64,000 nucleotides of DNA from Macrostomum lignano. Taxonomy: Eukaryota. Location: positions 1 through 64,000 of the forward strand of contig NIVC01000197.1 of the NCBI GenBank assembly GCA_002269645.1, read 5' to 3'. Numbering within the stretch: position 1 is the stretch's first letter; each line of letters starts with the position of its first letter. Under the pieces are notes generated by a model. The model was not told the DNA's origin. It saw nothing but the letters and a program-made list of their open reading frames with translations, and made no database searches. Shown here one piece after another: positions 1-27,929 of the stretch. The position numbers were made by a program, and so were the translations under genes.

Positions 1-545
1 GGAGATTCATGAATGGGAGATCGGGAATGGGAGAATTCAGGAATGGGAGATTCGAGAGGGGGAAATTCGTGAATGGGAGATTCGGGAATGGAAGATTCGG
101 GACTGGGAGATTCGGGAATGGGAAGATTCGGGAACTGGGAGATTCGGGAATGGGAGATTCGGAATGGGAAATTCAAGAATGGGAGATTCAGGAATGGGAG
201 ATTCGAGAGAGAGATTCGAGAGGGGGAGGTTCGAGAGGGAGATTCGAGAATGGGAGATTCAAGACTGGGATATTCGGGAATGAGAGAGAGATTCGGATCG
301 AAAATGGAAGGTTCGAAAATGGAAGATTCGGGACTGGGAGATTCGGTAATGGGAGATTTGGGAGTGTGCGGAGATTCGGGAATGGGAGATTCATGAATGG
401 GAGATTCGGGAATGGGAGATTCAGGAATGGGAGATTCGGGACTGGGAGATTCGGGACTAGGAGATTCGGAATGGGAGATTCAGGAATGGGAGATTCGAGG
501 GGGGGAATTCGTGAATGGGAGATTCGGGAATGGAAGATTTGGGAA
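1..545. repeat. Degenerate ~15-bp minisatellite (GGGAGATTCGGGAAT-like), runs off the window start
   Basis: Repeated unit visible directly; ORFs 9-548, 73-396 and 397-651 are periodic by-products. Confidence 0.95.
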
Positions 546-1339
546 TGAGCTTCTAAGTTTACTTAAAGTTTCAAGGCTACCTGTGCGTGATATCTGCAAA
601 GGTTGTGAATCCTTGAAAATGTACCCGTATGAGTCAGAAGTTAATACTTAACTTCCAATGTTATAAACAAGCAGCAAGAGCTCAGTTTTTGAAACCAAAT
701 CGTGTCACCCAGTGCATTTGAAAGGCTACTGTGCCCCTCGCGCCTTTTAAAGGAAGCAGTTCATCTGCAAAAATTGATTGCTTTAGCGCTGTTTGCGGGC
801 TTGCTGCAAAGACTCGAAGACTAAATTGGCTCGTAGTTTCGTCATTAAAAATCGATTCAACAAAAGGGGGGGGGTGATCGAGCAGCTTCACATCTATGGC
901 CAATGGGATTAGAGAGTGCATGCATATGATATCTGACCTTGATCTGAACCTTTATCTCAGCATTTTGGCATTTATCTCAGCTGAACAGATTAGATCCTAA
1001 ATTAGACTTAGAAAAACCTAAAATTATATTGACATTTTTGAGTAAAGTACCTTTTTCGTTAATTAAATTTAATCCCAGAACTCTTTTTACTGGCTTGGGA
1101 ACAGTTGAAGTTTTGAATTTGTAGAATCTTAAATTTGAGTAAATATTGGGCATCGTTAATAAAAATATTAATTCCCATTGAAGGCGCAGGTTTCGTTAAA
1201 ACAAAATATTTCGTACTCGTAAGAGTACTGCTGCACTGTGCTTTACTCGTTCTACGTGTATTACTTATGAAGTTGAAATTTTAATCCTTAACATTTACGA
1301 GCGTAATAACATCTGGAAAACAACTTTATTTTGAGCTTT

Positions 1340-1790
1340 ATCCAACTCAAAGAGCGCGACACGCACTAGGCGGAGCTTGCCGCCCACGCGAGCTCTCTGT
1401 GGCGCTGCAGGTCCTCGTGGACGCTGGGCACGAGACTGTTAAGCACCGAACTGCTCGCATCGGGAGAGCGGTACTGGTGCTGCCATCGCGCTGTCTTAGC
1501 TGAGGAGGCGAATGTCCATTTGGCAGGTCAGCTGGCACAGTCAGGACTTCAGTCTTCTTGGCAGCAGCAGCATGCTAGGCCGTCAAGGAGGCGTTGAGCA
1601 TCGGCAGCAGTGGATGCCAGAAGGGCGAGGTCGTCAGTGTAGCCGAGGACAGCCAGCCGCTTCTCATGGGAAGCATAGGATGCAGCCGTCCGAGTTGTCC
1701 GGAAGCCATGTCCGCAACACCCAGTCCAGGATGAGGATGAACAGGAAGGGAGAGAGGGGGCAGTCTCCTTGCAGGACTCCGCTGTTATAT
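1340..1790 (-). mobile_element. Decayed non-LTR retrotransposon RT fragment (RTE-like)
   Basis: Minus-strand translation GVLQGDCPLSPFLFILILDWVLR followed by LAVLGYTDDLALL (YxDD motif) in a broken frame. Confidence 0.8.
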
Positions 1791-3450
1791 AATGTTAATC
1801 TAATTGTGTATGTAGTATTATAATATAATCTCCATAATATTGTGTAGTGTGTTACGTCGTAATGTAATATAAAAGTCTCAAGTTTGAAAATTTCGATTTT
1901 TGTATTTCGTAAACACAGTTGCATGCAGTTGGATGAAGCTAAAAAAGTTCTTTGCTGACCAGATCTCTCGTTACTTTTTTCATTACTTTTGTAACACAAT
2001 TACTAGTATATTTAACGCTTACTTATTTAATCTTATAAGAAAATTATTCTTATAAAATAATTAAAATATTAAATTTTGTTGAGTAAAATAAACAAAATCA
2101 AACACCGCTAATAAATTGAAACTTTTTGGTTCCAACCTCTATGTTAAATTTGGTCACTTAACAAAATAAAAAGAATTTATAATTATTTATTATTTTGAAT
2201 AGAGAAAAAACATTTTCTTTTTTATTCGAAAACCGCGGACAGCTTTGTAATCTGTTTGGCCAGGAATGCGTACTCAAAATATATAGTTATTACACCGATA
2301 ACATTTTGACTGCGGAATTTAATTAATTTAATTTTCATTACAGAGTGATTCTTATAGCGACCTGCGCCATGTATTTCTTATGGTGAAAATTTGAACAGGA
2401 TTCCCAGTTCTAATTTGGTTTGATTACTAAAATTATACAAAAGAAGAGCTATATAAATTACTTTTAGGCTAAAATTTACCAGTATGGTTATGAAAAATAG
2501 CTATCAGTTTTGCCATTAAGGGGTGCCGAATGAAAAATAAATATATGAATACATTCGCGTTTTAATTTACTCTAGTGTATTCACTTTAATATTAATTAGC
2601 TTTGAGAAAATTAATGTGTAATCACAGTCGTGCGCAAAGTAAATAAAGGCTAAGAGAAATCAGTAGCGAGCGTAGATAAAGCCAACTGAAAAAAAAGAAA
2701 TCTGATAGGAAAACTTTAAAGAAAGGCTGACAAAAATGACAATATTAATGGACGGATTTTCAACTATAATCTAACATCGTTACACTTTTGATAACACCAG
2801 ATTTTTTGTTATAATCAGCAGCTGTGTTGAGTGTCGAAAATAAACAAAAAAAGTTGTTTTTTCGGAAAAGCTGCAGGCCAGCTTTTTCTCCGGTCGAAAT
2901 ATTAACAGCTCTCTTTAAAACAAAACATAGTACAGATTCAGATGAAATTGACAAAGTAAAACAAAGGTTTTCCACCCGCCAAGAGAGGAGCAGAAAAAAG
3001 ACGCGCCCGTATGAATGCATGAAGTGCCGCGTAAAAGGTTTCCAGCCTTAAATAGAGTAGAATTAACATAGTAACTGGTGCTCAGGTCGGGTGCAAGCAC
3101 ACTATAGAGGACGCATTGAATAGAAATTGGAGGTCAAGAACGCCTTTAGATTTTGGTGTATCAATAATAGAACGTCCTGCTGAGAGCTTGCTTGACAATG
3201 AGTCAACTCGCATCTGCATGAATTTAGTAGAATAAGTCTTCGGGTCAGAGCACAGGTGCCATTCAGATCTATAGAATAGAAATTCACAGAGACAGATAGT
3301 AATTAGAAATCACTCGTTTCAGAAAAATAGCAGTCAAAGAATTTGAGACAGGAAAAATGATCAGTTCTTAATTCTTATAATTCTTATCGCGCTCGGCCGG
3401 CTCTCGGGCTGCTCAAGTCAGATTTTGCGCGACAGCTCGGCTCAGCAGTC

Positions 3451-17116
<13,666 letters not shown>

Positions 17117-18543
17117 GTTGGACTTGGGCCTGCTGAGATGAAAGATTTGGGAGAGTCTAAGTTTAACGAAAGTAAGTCAGAGTGCCTGTTCTCAACAACT
17201 ACGGCTCGGACCGCTGCTGAACTCTGGCAACCTCCGCAAGCGAACCAAGAGGGATCTCGAACCCTGTCCCGATCGATCGATATGATTAGCAACTGTAGCA
17301 AGAAGTTAAACAGGTAGACCCAGCGCTCTTACGTACCAGTGCAATTGATATGGCAAAGGAAGCAAAACTGCTGGTGCTTATTAGAGTCTCTCTCTATCTC
17401 AACGTAAATTTAATAACGCTCGAATATATAATTCTGTTCTGTTGTCTTTTTCTCAGCCCTCCGGTGCCGCCGCGAAACTTACTCGGGCCAGCGGTGTTCG
17501 CTCAACCCCAACTCCTATTTTCTTCTTTCTCGTCTCTTCAAGCTTTGGCTCTCAAGTTAAAGCAAAGAGACTGGCAATAGCCTAGTGGCATTGCTGCTAG
17601 GGTGGATCTGAGGGGGTGCAAGGGGTTAATTGTGCAAAGCATCTGGCTGCTCAGGTGGAAGAGGAAGCTCTAACGGACTGCCATGGCAGGGCGGTGCGCA
17701 GTAGGGAGAGAGGGAGGGGTAGGGTAGGGAGAGCGAGAGGTACAAGCCTTCCTTAGCACTCAGAAACTATAGTAAGACTGGAAAATGAGTGATAGGGCTT
17801 CTGGGTCCTTTAGCACCGAGTTCATTCCCTTCACCCCCCTCTCTCTCTCTCTCTGCTTAATTTTGCAGCTACCAAACATCGAAATGCGCCTTTTGACACT
17901 GCGCAGTCCTGCACGCGGGGGGGGGGTCAGCCCTATCTAAGTCTCATTCGATTCCAAACCATATTAGCTCGTATCTGGTCGCTAGGGCGGCAAGAATGCT
18001 TTCTCTATACTACTTTTAAAGAGATTCGCGCTTTTTGAGTTCAAAGATGACTCTCCATCTCTCTCTTGCCCTGCCCTGCCCCAGGTGCTCAAAATATTTG
18101 CACAATGTTGACAGACTCCAGCTGTCCCTCATTCATTAACTGCACATTAGGCTTCGCTTCAAACAAACTGGCGTGCTTAACATCCATCCTTGATTTGCTA
18201 AATGATGGGGTTAATAATTAGTACGAGCTCGTAAATGTATTTCAAATAAACTGTCAATCACGAGGAGACAGTCCAGAACACAAGGAGATAGCCTCTGCAA
18301 CAGTCCCTTCCTCCCATTCGTATATTCGAGTAAAGAATGCAATAACCTCCTTTTTATGATCGAAAGACATCAAGATAACAATCTGTTTCGTAAGATTCGT
18401 CTGAAAAATCAAGGAGAAATCTAAAACTCATTTAGAACAACTGCCGAACTAATAAATTTATGCTACTTGTCGCTAGTAGTGTTATTAGCGTTGATACGCT
18501 CGTAGTGCAACAACAACTCATTCGAGAGAAAGCGAAGGATATC

Positions 18544-19385
<842 letters not shown>

Positions 19386-19727
19386 GTATCATCAGTACTG
19401 TAGTGACCTTCGGACATGGACCTAAAAATGGAAATAATTATTCTTAGAGTATCTGAGCTAGCCATACTTGCGCAAAAAATTCACCAAATATAGAGTTGGA
19501 GCTGCTATGCAGGATGATAAACGATACTCCCCACGGATGTTTGTGACGCAGAAATTTATTTATGCAGTTTGTCGTAACTGCGCAGACTTACCCGTTGCCA
19601 TGAGTATCGCATGTAGAGAGCTTATATAATAGCCTTGCCTCTCTACTCCCGTGAACTGACACGCCCAGTTCAATTTCAAGGACAACAAAACAACAGAGCG
19701 CAGTCAGCTGAAGTCCCCAGTCAAACT

Positions 19728-22700
19728 ATGCTGGGCAAGCTCAAGACCGCAGCTAAAAATCGGGCTCCGGTGTTCTCGACAAAACAACAGCAGCAACAGC
19801 GGTGGAAGCCGAAGAATGCTGACGTCAGCTCCCAAGCTTCTCCGGTGTCCAAGGACTCCGAGAAGCTTCCACCCTTGGCCCAACAACCAAAGCGAGCTGC
19901 TCAACAAAAGCAGCAGCAGCAAAAGCTGCATTTGCCTGCAATAGATGCAGCGCCAGTAGAGAAGCTGGTGGTCTCAAAGCCTGCCAGCGAGTCTGGGATT
20001 AATGATGTCCGGCTGCCAGAGCAGCGGATTGAAGTTTCGGTGCACATTCGGCCTTATCTCGATCTACTTGAGGCGAGTAAATTAATTATTAGCTTCAGAT
20101 TTTAGTATTGCAATACTAGCCACGTTATACTTGCCTGGCTGTCACGACACATGCAGACTGTTAGCGAGGAATGGCGACTGGCTGACAAAACTGCGCGCAA
20201 AAAATTCGATTTTCTCCTCGAGAATGTCATCGGCGGAGACTCTGTGTTTGTTGGACCGTTTGGCTTGCGAAAACGTGAGTATATGAAGTGAATAAGTCTA
20301 GCCAAGTGTTGAGTAACTGACGGAAAACCAGTGTTTAGTGACGTCACCTCGATGTGGGGTGTTTAGTGACGTCACCTCGATGTGGGGAGTTTAGTGACGT
20401 CACCTCGATGTGGGGAGTTTAGTGACATCACCTCGATGTGGGGAGTTTAGTGACATCACCTCGATGTAGGGTGTTTAGGGACATCACCTCAGTGTGGGGA
20501 GTTTAGTGACATCACCTCGATTGGGGAGTTTAGTGACGTCACCTCGATGTAGGGTGTTTAGGAACATCACCTCAGTGTGGTGAGTTTAGTGACATCACCT
20601 CGATTGGGGAGTTTAGTGACGTCACCTCGATGTAGGGTGTTTAGGGACATCACCTCAGTGTGGGGAGTTTAGTGAAATCACCTCGATTTGGGAGTTTAGT
20701 GACGTCACCTCGATGTGGGGTGTTTTGTGAAGTCGAGGTTGATGACAATCTCAGCCTCGCAGTCGATCACTGTCTGAACTCTATAGAATTTCATTGCATT
20801 TCAGTTCTATATTTCGATTACGTGGCCTCCGGCAGGTGAGAACAGTAAAAAATGGTGGAAATATTAAACTAAAATGTGTATCTGTCAGTAACTAAGATAG
20901 ATTTGCTATCGCCTCTTATTTAGGAGCCTCCGCTGTATCGAAGACTTCATCCAGAGCTCGGTGCTACCGAGGTACGGCAACACGCACAGCAGTGGGTCGC
21001 TGGTCGCTCTTCAAAGCAACGCCTACAGGGAGGAGGCGAGACGCTTGATCAAAAAATGCGTCAACGCTGGGCCAGACGATGCACTTATCTTCACCGGTAG
21101 CGGTGCTACTGGCGCTGTGCAAACGCTGATTGGAGTCCTGGAGCTTCAGGAGCGTCGCCGCCGAGGAGAGAAACTTGCAGTAGTGCACGGGCCTTTCGAG
21201 CACCACTCGAACCTGTTGCCTTGGCGGGAGCTGGCCGACGTCTGCACTAGAACGCCGCTGGATTCAGCCGGTGGCGTCGACATGGCGGCGTTAGAAGCGA
21301 CTCTGAAGCAATTACGGTCGGGCGAGAAGCAGAAACTGCTGCTGATTGGAGCTTTCTCAGCCGCCAGCAATGTCACCGGAACGGTGACCGACACCGCCTC
21401 TGTGACAGCCATGCTGCACGCCTACGGAGCCATCGCGGTGTGGGACTATGCCTGTGCCGGGCCCTACGTGTCGGTGGACATGAACCCTCGCGGCGCCAAG
21501 TCGGCCGCGTTCGACGCGTTGCTCTTGTCGCCGCATAAATTCGTCGGCGGGCCCGGCACGCCAGGCGTTCTGGTGGCCAAGCGGCACCTTTTCGCCAACA
21601 GGGTGCCGCACCGGCCTGGCGGCGGCACCGTGGATTTCGTCACGCGCGACTCGCACCAGTACGAGGCGGACGTTGAGACGCGCGAAGAGGGCGGCACCCC
21701 GGCAATTGTCGATTGCATCCGCTGCGGCCTGGTGTTCCGGGTTAAGCGCACCATCGGAGACCGGGTCATTGAGAACCGAGAGGCTGAGCTGCTCCGCTGG
21801 GCCTGGCAGATTCTGCCGGACATGGAGTCCGTGCTGCTACTTGGCAACCGGCAACAGCCACGCCTGCCAATCTTCTCCTTCCTGGTGGTGAACCGGGAGA
21901 CCGGGCTGTTTCTGCACCACAACTTTGTGGCCATTCTGCTCAACGACCTGTACGGTGTGCAGAGCAGGGCCGGCTGCGCCTGCGCTGGGCCGTACGCTTC
22001 GGTAAGATGCCTCCTGGCATTCGATTTAGCATGCTAAGCAATGACTCACTTCACCATAAATTCAAGCCCATATTTATACTGAGAAAGGCTCTGTATTCAC
22101 GTCGCTGTCACAATTCAGCATAACTTCGACCTGTAACACGGTTTCGCTCTGAAGCTGAATAGAAATTTCCCAACCAGAAGACACGACTTAGAAAGACTTG
22201 TATGCAGAAAGTTTCTCTTTTCAAAGTTACCGTATCGTATTTAATAGAGCCGATTTTTACGGATCTATGCATAATTGACTGGCACACTTGACGCCAGGAT
22301 TAATGCACTCGAATATGGCTGAATAATTCCTAGTTAAAAATAGCCAGCAGAAATTCCAATCCAATTGCGTCGCGTCGCGGCTGGGCGTGCAAATTTTTAT
22401 CTTTTTTTTAAATTCAAAATTTCTTTTTTTGTACAACGTGACAAACTTAAAGTATTGGAGTGTAGCATAGAGTGATTTGACTATTACCTTGTTTGAATCT
22501 CTCAGGATCTATTACAATTCGACCAACAAACTCAAAATCGGTATCCCTACCTGGCGGATGGAATCAACAGGTAGGTGACTTCATTTTGCTTTCAATCCTT
22601 CAAGACATGCTGCTCATACAAACTGACACAATTGAACTTTAGGCTGAAGTACTGCATGGATAACTATCCGAAGATGAAGGAGATGTGCCGGGAAAATGAT

Positions 22701-25700
22701 AGGTAAGAGCTGAGCAATGTCTCTTTGGGATAGGCCTACCCGTTGTCTTTATCGATTGCTTGAGTCAGGGGTTGCCAACCTTTTTACCTCAAGGGCCAAA
22801 TGGAGAATCTAGTTGCAGGCTAGAGAACGGGAGAGAGGAGATGGGATAGAGGAGAAGAGAGGAGAAGAGAGGAGAAGGAAGGAGATAAGGGAGAGGAGAG
22901 AAGGGAGAGGAGAGAAGGGAGGGGCGAGATGGGAGAGGAGAGATGGGAGAGGAGAGAAGGGAGAGGAGAGATGGGAGAGGAGAGAAGGGAGAGGAGAGAA
23001 GGGAGAGGAGAGATGGAAGAGGAGAGAAGGGAGAGGAGAGAAGGGAGAGGAGAGAAGGGAGATGAGAGAAGGGAGAGGAGAGAAGGGAGAGGAGAGAAGG
23101 GAGAGGAGAGAAGGGAGAGGAGAGAAGGGAGAGGAGAGAAGGGAGAGGAGAGAAGGGAGAGGAGAGAAGGGAGAGGAGAGAAGGGAGAGGAGAGAAGGGA
23201 GAGGAGAGAAGGGAGAGGAGAGAAGGGAGATGAGAGAAGGGAGAGGAGAGAAGGGAGAGGAGAGAAGGGAGAGGAGAGAAGGGAGATGAGAGAAGGGAGA
23301 TGAGAGAAGGGAGAGGAGAGAAGGGAGAGGAGAGAAGGGAGAGGAGAGAAGGGAGATGAGAGAAGGGAGAGGAGAGAAGGGAGAGGAGAGAAGGGAGATG
23401 AGAGAAGGGAGAGGAGAGAAGGGAGAGGAGAGAAGGGAGATGAGAGAAGGGAGAGGAGAGAAGGGAGAGGAGAGAAGGGAGATGAGAGAAGGGAGAGGAG
23501 AGAAGGGAGATGAGAGAAGGGAGAGGAGAGAAGGGAGAGGAGAGAAGGGAGATGAGAGAAGGGAGAGGAGAGATGGAAGAGGAGAGAAGGGAGAGGAGAG
23601 AAGGGAGAGAAGAGATGGCCCACGGGTCGAAGTTTGCCTACCCTTGGCTTGAGTTAGATCGGTGAGTCCTAGAGAACATCACAAAGCCTGAAGACTCGTC
23701 AGGCTAATCAATAATAAATTTCCTCTTTTTTCCAGCGCCTCCATACCTGAACAATTGGAAATACTGAAGTGAGCCTCAATTTGCATTTCTCAACTTCAAT
23801 CGTTCAACCTGAGCTTGGTTGTGTGTTGAAACTTGCCGCCTTTTCAGACCCGGCTTTGTGCGGGTCAACCTGCCGTACTTTTACACGAACGAGATGGTCG
23901 CGTTTTTGTTTCACGCTATCGACATGATCAGCCAGCACGGCTGGAAACTGCTGCCCGAGGTGATTTTTTACGAAGCATTTAACTTAGTTAAACCACAGAT
24001 ACTAAAATAACTAGATGGGCCACTCAGGCACATATACTTAGTAAAACAGCTTTCTACTTTCATTTCAGTAGCAAAGAAGAATACATAAGCTTTTATAAAA
24101 ATAAAGGCAGCTGAAATGACTTTGATAAGTTTAGAAGCCCAAGCTTGCAGGCGTAAACAGCTTGCTAATTGGTTCAGCAGTAATGTACATTAGCCAGTCC
24201 ACTGAAATGTACATGGCAGCTTTAGGCTGGAATTCCGAGAAAGGCAATAAAAATTGGGGTGGGGCGGGGGGTTAATGTGGAAAGGCGCAGTTGGAGGGTT
24301 TAAGCTGGGGTAAAAGCCAATAAATGAGCCTTGACTTTAAAAATAAATTAAAATGCTTCTGTTTAACTTACTACTGAACAGAAAGTAGCTTACACGCAAA
24401 TGTGCTGAGTGGCCCATCTAGTTATTTTAGTATCTGTGAGTTAAACTGAATTTTTTTGTCCGCGGTTTGTTCACATGTTTAGTAAGCTAACTTTTTTAGA
24501 AATGCCACTAAAGACTGGATAGCCAGAGAAGTTCCTATCTTTTATGCTATTTTTAGGGTGCTGTCTATGGTAGAACCCGATGAAATCTATTTTGAGTCCG
24601 CAATTTTATTTTCCCGTTTTTTTAAACATATAGATCCAATCACAGAATATAAACAGAATGCCGATTCGAGCATTTTTGTTTAAAAAATCGGTGCAAGAAT
24701 TGAAATCTTTGCTAAATTATTCTTCGCTAATTTATACTACTGGCCATAGACTTCACAACAAGAGTAGTGCACACGAATTTTAATTCGGCTTCATGGAAAT
24801 CGCTCGATTTGGCATTCTGTGTATATTCTGTGGATCCAATTGTTGTTGATCAATTGCGGTCTTTAAAAACTTCCAAGAGGACAACTCAACCCTCTCCGTT
24901 TCTCAGTACACCTGCAACCCGCACACGGGGGCCTGGAGGCACACCGACTATGCCAGTCAAATTGCCAGCCTGAAAGATTTCCGTCTGGACCGGCCGGTCA
25001 GCAGGATGAGCTACTTGGAACAGCAGCCGGTCAGCCTGCAGGTACGAATTCACCATTTTTATGCAGGATTTTATGGTGGTGGGGGACAAAGCCAAGAATT
25101 TTACATGTACATGACTAAATTCCTAATCGGTGTTGTCATCGATCATTTTAGCGCCGCAGGCACTCATTTTAGCGCCGCAAGCACCATTTTAGCGCCACAG
25201 GCACTCATGTTAGCGCCGCACGCACTCATGTTAGCGCCACAGGCACTCATGTTAGCGCCGCACGCACTCATGTTAGCGCCGCAGGCATTCATGTTAGTGC
25301 TGCAGGCACTCATTTTAGCGCCGCAGGCACTCATGTTAGCGCCGCAGGCACTCATGTTAGCGCCGCAGGCACTCATGTTAGCGCCGCAGGCACTCATGTT
25401 AGCGCCGCAGGCACTCATGTTAGCGCCGCAGGCACTCATGTTAGCGCCGCAGGCACTCATGTTAGCGCCGCAGCCACTCATGTTAGCGCCGCAGGCACTC
25501 ATGTTAGCGCCGCAGGCACTCATGTTAGCGCCGCAGGCACTCATGTTAGCGCCGCAGGCACTCATTTTAGTGCTGCAGGCGCTATGTTTTGTCGCCCTGA
25601 AGCAAAATTATTGATTTCCATAACGGGTCAACAAGGTAGGGTGGGGGGGGGACAAAGCATTGGCATGTCCCCCCATAGGCTCTTACTGGGGGGGGGGACA

Positions 25701-26094
25701 TGCCCCCCTGTCCCCCCGGTAGCGACGCCCCTGTTTTTAAGCCACAAACCTGGATCATTTATCGTAGCGATTTATGGGATTCAAAGCAATTGTATTTCTA
25801 TTAATGCAGAGCATTGCAAAGTCGGCTGCCAATGTACTTCAGTCTGCTTCAAATCGAATTAGAAAGGTAAGTCGTGTTTAAGTAGATTAACAATGTCATC
25901 ATGCATCTAAATAAGTGGTGTACTCGCCTCATTTCTGAATGCTAATTTACCAACAGCGACTACAAGACGGCAAAGCCAAAGCTGCGAACCCGCTTGACAA
26001 CAGCGGCCTCAGCCAGCAGTTGGAGACTCGAATGCGCTGGTTTGCTATGCCCGACGAAGCTGCCGACAGTCTGCTGCTGGGACAGAAAACTTGA
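19728..26094 (+). CDS. PLP-dependent aminotransferase class V / cysteine desulfurase (SufS/NifS-like fold)
   Basis: Exons 19728-20072, 20157-20274, 20805-20835, 20924-22001, 22506-22570, 22643-22702, 23736-23768, 23848-23959, 24907-25041, 25810-25866, 25957-26094, all phase-consistent. Motifs DYVASGR, YGNTH, FTGSGATGA, EHHSN, SPHK (PLP lysine), EEGGTP, RAGCACAGPY, PGFVRVNL. Confidence 0.88.
20330..20720. repeat. ~27-bp intronic minisatellite carrying TGACGTCA/TGACATCA
   Basis: Unit GTTTAGTGACGTCACCTCGATGTGGGGA. Confidence 0.92.
22766..23646. mobile_element. hAT-type MITE filled with a 14-bp purine array (GGGAGAGGAGAGAA)
   Basis: Imperfect TIR CAGGGGTTGCCAAC / GTTTGCCTACCCTTG; 8-bp TSD GCTTGAGT at 22758 and 23647. 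Confidence 0.85.
23994..24438. mobile_element. hAT-type MITE
   Basis: ~39-bp TIR CACAGATACTAAAATAACTAGATGGGCCACTCAG; 8-bp TSD AGTTAAAC at 23986 and 24439. Confidence 0.9.
25050..25733. mobile_element. MITE-like element with internal 21-bp minisatellite (GCAGGCACTCATGTTAGCGCC)
   Basis: Ends GCGACGCCCCTG; same family as 44628-45231. Confidence 0.7.
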
Positions 26095-26204
26095 GAAAAC
26101 TTTTGTCTATGGCGAACATGCTTCAATAAGCTAACCGGATTGCTGCTGATGTGCATGAATTGGATTAACATTTCAAATTGACTGTCACAATTAGACTGGC
26201 CGGT

Positions 26205-26840
26205 GACATCTGACTGCCATAGTGACATTTGACTGCCATATAGTGACATTTGACTGCCATAGTGACATCTGACTGCCATAGTGACATCTGACTGCCATAG
26301 TGACATCTGACTGCCATAGTGACATCTGACTGCCATATAGTGACATTTGACTGCCATAGTGACATTTGACTGTCATAGTGACATTTAAGTGCCATAGTGA
26401 CATTTGACTGCCATAGTGACATTTGACTGCCATAGTGACATTTGACTGCCATAGTGACATTTGACTGCCATAGTGACATTTGACTGCCATAGTGACATTT
26501 GACTGCCATAGTGACATTTGAGTGCCATAGTGACATTTGAGTGCCATAGTGACATTTGAGTGCCATAGTGACATTTGACTGCCATAGTGACATTTGAGTG
26601 CCATAGTGACATTTGAGTGCCATAGTGACATTTGAGTGCCATAGTGACATTTGAGTGCCATAGTGACATTTGAGTGCCATAGTGACATTTGACTGCCATA
26701 GTGACATTTGACTGCCATAGTGACATTTGAGTGCCATAGTGACATTTGACTGCCATAGTAACATTTGACTGCCATAGTGACATTTGACTGCCATAGTGAC
26801 ATTTGACTGCCATAGTGACATTTGAGTGCCAGTGACATTT
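26205..26840. repeat. 19-bp minisatellite (GACTGCCATAGTGACATTT)
   Basis: Direct. Confidence 0.95.
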
Positions 26841-26914
26841 GAAAAATTCCTTGTGCAAATTCAGACTTTTGACAACCTATCGGCACGTGCGAGACCGTAT
26901 AGCCCTGCATGTGC

Positions 26915-27157
26915 AATGTGCAATTAACGCCCTTGAGGGCCAACTTTCCATGGCACAGTGAAGTGTACATGCCTAACGATAAATAAAAGTTAGAGCCACT
27001 GTACACTCTGCGTATGACTGCGTACGTATCCGCGCTCTTGTGTGCCTGCTAAGGGGAGTCGGCGGAATGGGCAGCAATGCCTCTCGCCGGTTGTGCGACA
27101 ATGTCGCTTACAGTGGTCACTTAAATTGTGCCAAAGTGCACACAGCCTCTGCCTCTA
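26915..27157 (+). mobile_element. SINE family A, 5'-truncated
   Basis: Matches the body and 3' end of the copies at 3830 and 16260. Confidence 0.8.
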
Positions 27158-27929
27158 ATAAAAAATGGACTACGCGCTTTGACTACGCGCCCATACACAA
27201 CACGGACATGTACCAGTACATGATTAATATTTTCCCTTTTTGAACCTCTTCGAAATGGAATAATTTAATTAAAACAAGAACTTAAAAAAAACTATAACAG
27301 GCTAGATGTTGAGTGTTCAAAGACACCAAGTATTATAGTATTATTGTTAAATACATGTGCTGCACATGTACTTAATAAGTAGCAAGGATGATTTTGCGAG
27401 AGCGTGAGAATATAAAAGTACAGTCATTTCCTAGCTGTGATATAAGGTCGTCGTTTAACCTAGCGCACAATTATACATGTAGTTGACGAAATACGAGTAA
27501 AAAAATAGTGCCGCTTTGAAACGACCGCTTCTTTAGCACAAGCAACAAAAAGGCAACAAAGCAACATGAACACCAAAGTGCGCTGTAAAAATAAGTTTCT
27601 TATAGAATCGGCACAAGATTTCGCTCAAGTTTGGGCAGGAACGCACATGTACATGGCCGTGTGGTCAGCAGGCAGTTTACGAAATGCCGAGTGCGTGACT
27701 GCCCTCGCATGTACATGTAGGCTGCATACGCTGTACGTAGTCTGGTCTGCGGCACCGGAATCGGTACTAACAACGCTGATTGTTAAAGTACATTGTAGGA
27801 AATCTTCGTTTAATTATAAGTTCTTGATCTTTTCCTCCACAATAAAATCGCCATTGTATAGTAAATATACAACCTAGATAGATCCATGTACGCGATCTTA
27901 TTTCTGATTGCAAGTAATAAATTAAGTGC

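Noticed and set aside
20961-22037. Horizontal transfer of the SufS-like gene
   Set aside because: Ten spliceosomal introns and a family known across eukaryotes; no evidence without a phylogeny.
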